Notes under the pieces: model-generated
Database searches by the model: none
Told to the model about the DNA's origin: nothing
The model's input: the letters and a program-made list of their open reading frames with translations, nothing else
Assembly (NCBI RefSeq): GCF_004010195.1
Contig: NC_057755.1
Coordinates: 6,245,474-6,309,473 of the forward strand
Reading direction: 5' to 3'
DNA length: 64,000 nucleotides
Source: Chiloscyllium plagiosum
Taxonomy: Eukaryota
Program-made: the position numbers and the translations under genes
Shown here: piece by piece, positions 52,351 through 64,000 of the stretch
Position numbering within the stretch: the first letter of the stretch is position 1
Layout: every line of letters starts with the position of its first letter

Positions 52351-55300
52351 TGTTATGGACCAGGACAAACCCCTCAAAACATTTGAAGTAAATGGCCCAG
52401 ACCGTAACTTTGCGAGTCATTTTAAGCAATGTAAAACGGATTTTCCAGGAGTTATGCAGCTGGCCAACCCAGTTAGTTTTAGCGAAACATAATTTATTAG
52501 CAAGATTACTGAATGAAACACAAACAAACGAGAATAGAATAGAGAATCACTTAACTTTTCCAAAAACCCAACATTATTCAACATTAATGATGCTGTTACA
52601 AATACTTGCAACAACCCCTAAATGCACTCCTTGACACAAAAGATAAAATGGAAAACACGCTCTTACAACAGACAATAGACTATAGATGCAGGAGTAGGCC
52701 ATTCTGCCCTTCGAGTCTGCACCACCATTCATTATGATCATGGCTGATCAACCTCAATCAGTATCCTGTTCCTGCCTTATCTCCATAACCTTTGATTCCA
52801 CCATCCTTGAGAGCTCTATCCAACTCTTTCTTAAACGAATCCAGAGACTGGGCCTCCACTGCCTTCTGGGGCAGAGCATTTCACACACCCACCACTCTCT
52901 GGATGAAGACGTTTCTCCTCATCTCTGTCCTAAATGGCCTACCCCTTATATTTAAGCTGTGTCCTCTGGTTCGGGACTCACCCATCAGCGGAAACATGTT
53001 TCTTGCTTCCAGAGTGTCCAATCCTTTAATAATCTTACACGTCTCAATCAGATCCCCTCTCAGTCTTCTAAACTCAAGGGTATACAAGCCCAGTCGCTCC
53101 AATCTTTCACCATAAGATAGTTCCACCATCTTGACCTCGAATTGACCTCGTGAACCTCCGCTGCACTCCAACAATAGCCAGACTGTCTGTCCTCACATTT
53201 GGAGACCAGAATTGCACACAATATTCCAGGCACGGTCTCACCAGGGCCCTGTACAGCTGCAGAAGAGCCTCTTTGCTTCTATACTCAATCCCTCTTATTA
53301 TGAAGGCCAGCATGCTATTAGCTTTCTTCACTACCTGCTGTACCTGCATATTCGCCTTCATTGACTGATGTACAAGAACACCGAGATCTCTTTGTACTGC
53401 CCCTTTACCTAACTTGACTCAATTTAGGTAGTAATCTGCCTTCCTGTTCTTGCCACCAAAGTGGTTAACCATACAATTATCCACATTAAACTGCATCAGC
53501 CATGCATTTATCCACTCACCTAACATGTCCAGGTCACCCTGTAATCTCCTAACATCCTCCTCACATTTCACCCTGCCACCCAGCTTTGTATCATCAGCAA
53601 ATTTGCTAATGTTATTATTAATACCATATTCTATATCATTAATATTTATTGTAAAAAGCTGCAGGCCCAGTACTGATCCCTGCGGTACCCCACTTGTCAC
53701 CACCTGCCATTCCGAAAGGGAACCGTTTATCACTACTCTTTGCTTCCTGTCAGGCAACAAATTTTCAATCCAAGTCAGTACTTTGCCCCCAATACCATGC
53801 ACCCTAATTTTGCTCACTAACCTCCTATTTAGGACTTTATCAAAGGCTTTCTGAAAGTCCTGGTATACGACATCCACTGGATCTCCCTTATCCATCTTCA
53901 GAGTTACATCCTCAAACATTTCCAGAAGATTAGTCAAGAATGATTTCCCCTTCATAAATCCATGCTGACTCAGACCTATCCTGTTACTGCTATCCAGATG
54001 TGTCGTAATTCCATCCTTTATAATTGACTCCAGCATCTTTCCCACCACTGAGGTAACACTAACGGGTCTATAATTTCCTGCTTTCTCTCTCGTTCCTTTC
54101 TTAAAAAGTGGTACAACATTAGCCACCCTCCAATCCGCAGGAACTGATCCTGGATCTATCGAACTCTGGAAAATAATCATCAATGCATCCACGATTTCTA
54201 GAGCCAGCTTCTTCAGTACACTGGGATGTAGACCATCAGGCACCGAGGACTTATCAACCTTCAGACCTAACAGTCTCTCCAACACCAATGCCTGGCAAAT
54301 ATAAATTCGCTTCAGTTCCGATCCTTCAGCCACTGTTAACCTCTGGGAGATTGCTTGTGTCTTCCCCAGTGAACACAGATCTGAAGTACCAATTCAACTT
54401 TTCTGTCATTTCTTTGTTCCCCGTAATATATTCCCCTGTTTCTGTCTTCAAGGGCTCAATTTTAGTCTTAACCATTTTTTTCCCTTTCACATACCTAAAA
54501 TAGCTTTTACTATCTTCCTTGATATTTTTGGCCAGTTTACCCTCATACCACATTTTTTTCTCTGTGTATTTCCTACTTAGTAATCCTCTGTTGTTCTTTA
54601 AAAGCTTCTCAGTCCTCCGTTTTCCCACTCATCTTTACTATGTTATATTTTTTCTCTTTTGACTTTATATGTTTCTTCACATCCCTCGTCAGCCATGGCC
54701 ACCCCTGCCTCCTCATAGGATCTTTCTTACTTTTTGGAATGAACTGATCCTGCATCTCCTGCATTATACCCAGAGATATCTGCCATTGTTCCTCCACTGT
54801 CATTCCTGCCAACAAGGTTATGTTATTCTTGTTTTGTTTCCGGAGAGATCATAAACTTGAACTTTGTCCAGCTCCTCCCTCATAGATCCATAGTTCCCTT
54901 TATTTGACTGAAATATTGTCACTACCGATTGCACCCTCTCCCTTTCAAATTGCAGATTGAAGCTTATTGTATTATGGTCACTACCTCCTAATGGCTCCTT
55001 CACTTCGAGGTCCCTGATCAATTCTGGTTCGTTGCACAATACCAGATCCAGAATTGGTTTCTCCCTTGTACGCTCCAGCACCAGCTGTTCTAAGAATTCA
55101 TCTCGGAGGCACTCCACAAAGACTCTTTGTTGAGCTCCAATACCATCCTGATTCTCCCAGTCTACCTGCATCTTGAAATTCCCCATAACAACTGTAGTAA
55201 CATCTTTGCCACAGGCCAATTTCAGTTCCTTATTCAAGTTACACACTACATCCATACTTTGTTTGGGGGCCTGTAGATAACTCCCAGGAGGGTCTTTCTC

Positions 55301-56274
55301 CCCTTAGAATTTCTCAGCTCTATCCATACTGACTCTACATCCCCTGATTCCAGGTCACCCGCGCAAGTGACCGAATATCATCCCTTAACAAAAGGGCCAC
55401 CCCACCCCATCTGCCCGTCAGTCTGTCCTTACGATAGCACGTATAGCATTGAATATTCATTTCCCAGGCCCTGTCCACTTGAAGCCACGTCTCAATTATC
55501 CCGACAATATCATAGCTGCCAATTTCCACAAGAGCCTCAAGCTCATCCATCTTATTTCTAATACTTCGTGCATTCATATATAGTATTTTTAATTTGTTAC
55601 TGCCCTCACCTTTCCTATCAACCCCTATTTCACTCAACCGTACGGCATGATCCATTTTTTGAATGTTCTGCTTCATTGTTACCGTTGTCTTTCTTGACTT
55701 CCCTTGTTCTAATTTTCCCTTCAATTTCCTTCTTAAACATCCAGTTTGTCCCCTCCCCCCCCCTTTCCCCCCCTCCCCCACCCCGATATTTAGTTTAAAC
55801 GCAGCTGTGTTGCAGTAGCTAACCTGCCTGCCAGAATGCTGGTCCCCAACCTATTACACCCACTCAAATAACAATCACTCACCTTCCCAACCGGCTCTGC
55901 GCTCCGACTTCACTTCCGCCCAGCTCCCGCCGCTCTCTGCTGCAAAAAGAGATGTCAGAAAGAGTACCAGCATGGATCTGCTTCTTTGTGTCCAGCAGCG
56001 TCAAAACTGTATGATTGACGTCAGGGAATAACTGGACAGTCAAAACCAAATCATACCTAAGTGAAGCTCACCTGGGAGGACTGGCCATACCTCTTTCATT
56101 GTACATGTTTTCTAAGACGTAAAATCCTTTTGCCTGAGGCAGTATACGTCAGCTATAATTAACATTGCCCGAAAAGCTTTCAAACCCAGTCCTTTTGGCG
56201 TCTGTGTCTTTTATGATCTCTCCGGAAACAAAACAAGAATAAAATAACCTTGTTAAAGAAGCTGCATTATTACA
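52351..56274 (-). mobile_element. 3' LTR of a Gypsy-type element (about 640 bp), split by the CR1 insertion
   Basis: On the minus strand it begins TGTAAT at 56274, right after the pol stop and a purine-rich tract, and ends ATAACA at 52351. Confidence 0.6.
52668..55945 (-). mobile_element. Near full-length CR1 LINE: 5' UTR, ORF1 stub, ORF2 (APE endonuclease plus RT), 3' UTR
   Basis: MNARSIRNK..DIVGIIETWL, VVMGNF, LGGSDHN, GNYRPVSVTSVVGK, QDFQKAFDKV, SGVPQGSVLG and KFADDTK motifs; several frameshifts. Confidence 0.96.
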
Positions 56275-56292
56275 CTTATCCATACACTTTCC

Positions 56293-56917
56293 TTTAAATC
56301 CGTGATAATGCATCTGCTATCACATTTTTTCAACGTGAAACATGTAACATTTATACCTTAAAATCTGTAATACAAGATTCCACTGAAACTGTCTCATATT
56401 TTTGTCTTTAAATTTTTCCAAGAATGTAAGAGGATTTGACTCCGTGTATACAATCATCTCAACACATTGTTTGGCACATAAACAATGATCAGTACCAAAA
56501 CTCAATTATGGGTTTTGAGTTCCTTTCAAAAGTAGTCCATTGACCATTCAATTCAATCATCATCTTTCTGTAGCAGTACATCTCTAACTTCGATATCACT
56601 AGCATATATTGAAACTTTGAAGTGTTTCGAACAGTTTTGGTACAGCTAAAACTGGTGTAGTGGTTAGTATTGCTTTTAAATTCTCAGGTGCCTCCTGGCA
56701 TTGTTCACTCCATCTAAATGTTGTGTTCTTCTTTAGAATGTCTGTTAGCGATGTCGCTATGGTGCTGACACTTGGAACAAACTTCCAGTAGAATATGCTT
56801 ATTCCCAAAACTCGAAGCATCTTTTTTTTGAGTTGGTGGTGAAAATTCCTCGATGAACTTCGTCTTCGCTTTATGTGGAGTCAACTAAGAACATCATCTT
56901 TGCCTTCCCGAATTCAT
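56293..56917 (-). mobile_element. Gypsy-type pol remnant: RT thumb/connection and RNase H, ending in a stop
   Basis: FYWKFVPSVSTIATSLTDILKKNTTFRWSEQCQEAPENLKAILTTTPVL, IVYTESNPLTFLEKFKDKN and (E)NVIADALSRI* peptides. Confidence 0.88.
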
Positions 56918-57034
56918 ACACCTGTTTCAGGCTCAAGCCTCACCTCCCTCCGATACCGAGAGGCTCCTATACCACACTCCAGATTTGAATCAGAGGCTGC
57001 GTTTGGGAGCAGGACCTGACTCATGGGATTAGGA

Positions 57035-58558
57035 TAAAAGGGGTAGCCATGGGCACACGTATGGGCCCCAGATATGCCTGTATCTTTGTTGGCTTCGTAG
57101 AACAGTTGATTACACCGGCACCACTCCCCACCTCTTCCTCCGCTACATTGATGTCTGCATTGGCGACTCGTGTTCCCGCGAGGAGGTTGAGCAATTCATC
57201 AACTTACCAACACATTCCACCCTGACCTTAAATTAACCTCGACCATCTCTGCCACCTCCCTCCCCTTCCTAGACCTCTCCATCTCCATTAAGGACGACCG
57301 ACTTGACACTGACATTTTTTACAAACACACCGATTCCCACAGCTACCTGGATTACGCTTCTTCCCACCCTACCTCTTACAAAAATGCCATTCCATATTCC
57401 CAATTCTTCCGACTCTGCCGTATCTGCTCCCAGGAGGACCAGTTCTACCACAGAACACATCAGATGGCCTCCTTCTTTAGAGACCGCAATTTCCCTTCCC
57501 ACGTGGTTAAAGATGCCCTCCAACGCATCTCGTCCACATCCCGCATCTCCGCCCTCAGACCCCACCCCTCCAACCGTAACAAGGACAGAACGCCCCTGGT
57601 GCTCACCTTCCACCCTACCAACCTTCGCATACACCAAATCATCCTCCGACATTTCCACCACCTCCAAAAAGACCCCACCACCAGGGATGTATTCCCCTCC
57701 CCACCCCTTTCCACCTTCCGCAAAGACCGTTCCCTCCGTGACTACGTGGTCAGGTCCACGCCCCCCTACAACCCACTCTCCCATCCTGGCACCTTCCCCT
57801 GCCACCGCAGGAACTGTAAAGCTTGCGCGCACACCTCCTCCCTCACCTCTATCCAAGGCCCTAAAGGAGCCTTCCACATCCATCAAAGTTTTTCCTGCAC
57901 ATCCAGTAATATCATTTATTATATCCGTTGCTCCCGATGCGGTCTCCTCTACATTGGGGAGACTGGGCGTCTCCTAGCAGAGCGCTTTAGGGAACATCTC
58001 CGAGACACCCGCACCAATCAACCAAACCGCCCCGTGGCCCAACATTTCAACTCCCCCTCCCACTCTACCGAGGATATGGAGGTGCTGGGCCTCCTCCACC
58101 ACCGCTCCCTCACCACCAGACGCCTGGAGGAAGAACACCTCATCTTCCGCCTCGGAACACTTCAACCCCAAGGCATCAATGTGGACTTTAACAGTTTCCT
58201 CATTTCCCCTTCCACACCTCACCCTACCTCCAAACTTCCAGCTCAGCACCGTCCCCATGACTTGTCCAGACTTGTCCTACCTGCCTATCTCCTTTTCCAC
58301 CTGTCCACTCCACCCTCTCCTCCCTGACCTATCACTTTCATCCCCTCCCCCACTCACCTATTGTACTCTATGCTACTTTCTCTCCACCCCCACCCTCCTC
58401 TAGCTTAAATCTCCACGGTTCAGGCGCTCTGCCTTTATTCCTGATGAAGGGCTTTTGTCCAAAACGTCGATTTAGCTGCTCCTTGGATGCTGCCTGAACT
58501 GCTGTGCTCTTCCAGCACCACTAATCCAGAATCTGGTTTCCAGCATCTGCAGTTTTTA
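57035..58558 (+). mobile_element. Penelope-like element: RT C-terminal half, GIY-YIG endonuclease and pLTR
   Basis: KGVAMGTRMGP and RYID (YIDD decayed). ORF 57464-58327 has CHRRNCKACAH and IYYIRCSRCGLLYIGETGRLLAERFREH..HF..LGTLQPQGIN. Tail ctgatgaagggc..ccagcatctgcag. Confidence 0.95.
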
Positions 58559-58837
58559 CCGACATTTGGTCATGAACGACTTTATGGTGCATGATTTCGA
58601 AAATAAATCTGCTGCCGTCACAATTTTCTTTAAATTATGTCTTTGCTTTTGGAATTTTCACTTCCATGTGTCAGGATAAATTTCGCTACAACTTCATTTT
58701 GATTGTGGCTGCAAGAACTGAAGCAGTTTGATAGTGCAGTTGTTGAGGTTGACCCTCAGTTGAAAAATCTGCAGTAAATCTGACGATTCTGTTCAGAAGT
58801 GTGAAATTAGCAGCCAGTGTCAAACTCGATGAAGAGA

Positions 58838-61800
58838 AGAGAACAAAGAAAATTCCAGCACAGAATCAGGCCTTTCAGCCCTCCAAGCCTGCACCAATCC
58901 AAATCTTTTAACTAAACCTGTCACCAATTTTCTAAGGAACTGCATCCCTCTGCTCCTTGCCCATTCATATATCTGTCTAAATACACTTTAAATGAGACTA
59001 TCGTGCCCGCCTTTACCACCTACACTGGTAACACTAGGCACCAGCACCCTCTGCGTAAAGAAATTTCCATGTATATCTTAAACTTTTCCTCTCTCACATT
59101 AAACTTGTGACCCCTCCTAATTGAATACCCACTCTGAAGAGAAAACACTTCTTGCTATCCACCCTGTTTATACCTCTCATAATTTTGTAAACCTCGGACT
59201 GGTCCCCCTTAATTACAGTCTATTTCATTAAAATGCTTCAAATCAACTCAGCCTCTCTCCATATCCTCTATACCAGGCAACATCCTAGTGAACCTCCTCT
59301 GCACTCACTCCAGAGCATCCACATCCCTTTGTTAATGTGGCGACTAGAACTGTACGCAGTATCACAAATGTGGTTGAACCAACTGTAACATGGCCTGCCA
59401 ATGCTTGCACTCAATACCCCGTACGATGGAGGAAAGCGTCCCATATGCCTTATTGACTGCTCCATCAATCTGCGTTGCGACCGTCAGAGTACAATGGACC
59501 TGAACACACAGATTTTCCATTTCCCAGGGCTTTTCCAATTACCGTAGCATTCACTGATGAATTGCATCTTCCAAAATGCATCACTTCACATTTGCCCTGA
59601 TTGAACTCCATCTACCATTTCTCTGTCCAACTCTCCAATCTATTTATATTCTGCTGCATTCTCTGACAGTCCCCTTCACTGTCTGCTACTCCACCGATGT
59701 TAGTGGCATCTGCAACCTTATTCAGCAGACCACCTTTACCTTCATCCAGATCATTATGTGTATCACTAACAGCAGTGGTCCCAGCATGGATCCTAGTGGA
59801 ACATCATTCCATTTTAAGGTCACAGTTCTCCATTTTAAGGAACTCCCTTCCGCTACAACTCTCTGTCTCCCGCTGCCCAGCCAGTTCTCTATCCATCTAG
59901 CTCGTAAACCCTGGACCCCATGCGAATTCACTTTCTCCATCGGCCAACCACAGGGAGCATTATCAAACATCTTACTAAGATTCATGTATATGACATCTAC
60001 TGCCCTTCCTTCATCAATCAACTTTGTCACTTCCGAATAGAATTCTAATAAGTTGGTAAGACATGATGTTCCTTGCTCAAAACCATGTTGTCTATCACTG
60101 ATCACCCCGTTTTCTTCCATAATAAATCCTATCACTCAGTGTCTCCTCCAGCACCTTTCCTACCACTGACGTCAGATTCTCCAGCATATAATTACCTGCA
60201 TTATTCCTGTTACCCTTCTTAAACAAAGAAGCAAGATTAGTGACTCTCCAGTCCTCTGGGACCTCACCCGTGCTCAAGGGTGCAAAGATATCTGTCATTG
60301 TCACAGATATTTTCTCCATTGCTTCCCTCAGTAAACTGGGGTAGATCCCACCCGGACCTAGGGACATGTCCGCCATGATGTCTTTTAGAATACATAACAC
60401 TTACTGCCACCTTATGAAGACTTGAGTAAGAGTCATCAAACGTTTAGCCCTAACTTTAGCATCTGCCATTTCCCTCTCCTCGGTGAATAACACCGCAATG
60501 TACTCATTAAGAATCTCACCCATTTTCTCTGAGTCGAAGCATAAATTTCCTCCTTTGTCCTTGAGTTGGCAAATGCTTTTTTATGTCACCCTCTTTCCAT
60601 TTGTGTACAAATAGAGGGATTGGGATTTTCCTTAACCCTCTTTGCTGAAGGTAATTCATGACCCCTTTTATATATCATAATTTATCGTTTCAAATTAGTC
60701 CTCCTTTCCTGATATTCTTCCAAAGCTTCATCTCATCTCAATCGCCTAGACCTTATGCGTGTTTCCTTTTCCCTCTCAGCTAGTCTCACAATTTCACCTG
60801 TCATCTCTGATTCCCGAATCTTGCCATTTCTATCCCTCATTTTCAGAGGGACATATCTGTCCTGCACACAAATCAATTTCACTTTAAAAGCCTCCCACAT
60901 ATCAACTGTGAATTTACCTTCAAACAGCTATTCTCAATGCACATTTCCCAGCTCCTGCTGAATTTTGCGACAGTTGACCTTCCCCAATTTATCACTCTTC
61001 TTTCAGGACTACTCTCGTGTTTGTCCACGAGTATTCTAAAACTTATGTAATGGTGATCACTATTCCCAAAGTAATCCACTACTGAAACTTCAATGGCGTG
61101 GACGGGCTCTTTCCCCTACACCAGGTCGAGTGTGGCCTCGTCCTGAGAAAGACTATTTACATACTGCTTTATGAAACCCTCCTGCAGGCTCCTTACAAAT
61201 TCTGCTCCATCGAGACCTGTAACACGAAATGAATCTGAGTCAACGTTGGGGTTATTAAAATCTTCTATTACCACCACACTGCTGCTCTTACATCTTTCCA
61301 TAATCGGTTTACATACGTGTACCTCTATCACACGTTCAGTATTGGGAGTATTGTAGCATCGCTGCAATATTGTTACAGCACGTTTCTATTTCTGAGATCT
61401 GCCCATATTGCCTCACTGCTCGAGTCCTCCATACTGTCCTGCTTCAGCTCAGCTGTGATATCCTCTCCGACCAGTAATGCAACTCCTCCACCACTTTTAT
61501 CTCCCTCTCATCCCGCTTGAAACCTCTATATCCTGAGATTTTTAGTTGATGATCACGCCCTTCTCTCAACCAAATCCTAGTATTAGCAATAACATCATAC
61601 TCCCAGGTACTAATCTTTGAAGAGAAAATGAGGTCTGCAGATGCTGGAGATCAGAGATGGAAATGTGTTGCTGGAGAAGCGCAGCAGGTAGGCAGCATCT
61701 AGGGAACAGGAGAATCGACGTTTCGGGCATTAGCCCTTCTTCAGAAGGGCTATTGCCCGAAACGTCGATTCTCTTGTTCCCTAGATGCTGCCTGACCTGC

Positions 61801-63165
61801 TGCGCTTCTCCAGCAACACATTTCCATCCCAGGTACTAATCTAAGCCATAGGTTCATCTGCCTTACCAACGACACTTCTCACATAAAAAACAAATACACC
61901 TCAGACCACCTGTCCCTTTGCTTTTATCATCTGCTCCCTGCCTACTCTTTACCTTAGTTACGCTGACTTCATTGCCGAGTTCCTTACACGCTTGACTTAT
62001 TGCCTTCTTACTGTCTACTAACCTCCTCATTTGGTTCCCTAACCCTTGCCACATTAGATTAAACCGTTTATAATAGCGTTAGCAAAAACACCCCCTCAGC
62101 CATTGGTTCCAATCCGCACCTAGGTGCAGACCATCCAATTTATATTGGTCCTACCTCCGCCAGGACCGTTCCCAATATCCCAAAAGTCTGAACCCATCCC
62201 TCCTGCACCATCTCTCAAGCCACGCATTCATCCTGCCTATTCTTTAATTCCTAATCTGACTAGGTAGCAATCCTCCCACGCATTCATCCTGCCTATTCTT
62301 TAATTCCTAATCTGACTAGGCAGTGGTAGCAATCCTGAAATTACTACCTCTTAGATCCTACTTTTTATCATGGCTCCTAACTCCCTAAATTCTGCTTATC
62401 GGAACATACTCAGTTTTTAAACTGTATAATTGGTGCCTATTTGCACCACTACAGCTGGCTGTTCGCCCCCAACTTCAGAATGTTCTGCTGCCAATCTTAG
62501 ACAACCCTGACCCGTGTACGTGGGAAAAACCATACCATTCATAAGGGTTGTTCTCTACCACAGGGCCGCCTATTTACTGCACTTACAATTAGAACCCCAA
62601 TGACTGCAGCCATTCTACTTTTCTTCCCTCCCTTCTGCATTGCAGATTCAGCCACGGTGCCATGAACCAAGATACTGCTGCCTTCACCTGGTGAGCTACC
62701 TCCCCAACAGTATCCAAATCGGTGTTCCTGTTTTGGCGGGGGATGATCACAGTGGACATCTGCACTGCTTTCTTGCTCTTTCTTTACCTTTTGGTCACCC
62801 ATTCCCTTTCTCTCTCAGCAATCCTAATCTGCAGTGTGTCCAGTTCGCTAAATGTGCTAACCACGAACTCCTCGGCATTGTGGAATATCCAAAGTTAGTC
62901 CATAGCCATCATGAAGTCTAACAAGAGCTACAGTTGGATACACTTGCTGCACGTGAAGGAATCAGGAACATCAGTCGTGTCCCTGAGCTCCCACATTGAG
63001 TAAGAGGAGCATAACATGGATCTGAGATCAGCTCCAATTTTTGTCCTTTAGCTTATCTTAGTCTAACTATAATATCAAATAATAGGTAAACAACAAAAAG
63101 TGAAAAAAGAAAATAATTTAACAATTACATGATACAAAAACAGAATATCCTTAACTTATCAACAC
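58838..63165 (-). mobile_element. Near full-length degraded CR1 LINE with ORF1 (zinc finger plus SGNH-esterase-like) and ORF2
   Basis: ORF1 remnants MWELRDTTDVPDSFTCSKCIQL, AVIG..IV..NR and DGLHL. ORF2 motifs FGNSDHH, QHGFEQGTSCLTNL and VPLGSMLGPLL. Confidence 0.92.
61617..61826. mobile_element. Palindromic Penelope pLTR-only mini-element with a 16-bp TSD, inserted in CR1
   Basis: Arms at 61656-61740 and 61743-61828. TCCCAGGTACTAATCT at 61601-61616 and 61827-61842. Arm sequence matches the pLTR at 25195-25284. Confidence 0.92.
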
Positions 63166-64000
63166 TCCATAGTTCATATAACTCTCATGATACATCAGAT
63201 ACATTGTTATTGTATTGTACAATACCAACTAATAATTCCCACAGATATCAGGCATCATTTCTGACTCTATAATAATGTCTGCCCTCAAGGAAAATTATGC
63301 AAAATTGAGGCAATGTTGACTGAGGTGTCTGCTCAAACTGATGTCGTTAATCAATTTCAAGCCTGAAATAATACATAACTTTAACATTAGAGGAGACAAT
63401 CTGAGAGGAGATGAATTTTCTCTCTCTCTTTCTATTTACAATATTCATTGTTTTGTTTTAAATTTTCTATTAACTATGCCGTATGCAGTTTTAATGTGAT
63501 TAATTGTTCATTCATAAGAAGACGTCCCTGAACACAAACAAATTGCTGTTGTGAATGAGACTTTAAATAACTGTAAGTTTATACTTTATTCAGGATCATG
63601 AAGAAAGCTTTTGATCCTGATCCTCATTGTTTATTGTCTTTCAGCTTTGAATTTGTTGGTGTTCGTGATCTTGTCCCAGGGCAATTTTAGCTCTAATGCT
63701 ACAGTTAACGCCACCTATTGTCCCTTGGTACATCAACTCGAACTGTGATTTTGACTGATACATATATACATGGTATCAATAACATGTAATTTTAAATAGC
63801 TTCTTGTTTCAAATCCCCGTTAGGGTTAGGCTAATCTTGCAGAAATTTCAATGCAGCGTACAGCCAATATTACAGACTAGTAAATAAGCTTAAAAATGAG
63901 GCCATGAAAAATACATTTGGTGTAATTTGACTTTCATATGTGTAAAATGTTTCCCATAAAACTTCATCCTTGCATAGTCAATGTAGATAAGTTAGTCAAA

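Noticed and set aside
56917..57034. L1-like peptide (VWEQDL) between the Gypsy and Penelope elements
   Set aside because: Too short to assign.

Overview
Eukaryotic, repeat-dense DNA, almost certainly from an elasmobranch (shark) genome. The evidence is HE1-type V-SINEs, abundant CR1/HER1-type LINEs and shark-type Penelope elements. No intact protein-coding gene is visible. The non-repeat core is a decaying tandem cluster of two-exon class A GPCR genes of the GPR139/GPR142-like type. Two minus-strand pseudogenes lie at about 3.0-3.9 kb and 7.8-10.0 kb. They face away from a plus-strand array of three tandem duplication units. Unit A has exon 1 at 15728 and exon 2 at 22742-24750. Unit B has exon 1 at 28828, with its exon 2 cleanly deleted. 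Unit C has exon 2 at 42763-43874 and no recognisable exon 1. Around them are many CR1 fragments (two nearly full length), Penelope-like elements with minimal hammerhead-ribozyme motifs, two Penelope-derived palindromic mini-elements, a Gypsy (probably Gmr1-like) LTR remnant, Tx1 and Rex1/Babar fragments, a 38-bp minisatellite and a 684-N assembly gap. Repeat boundaries were judged by eye and are approximate.
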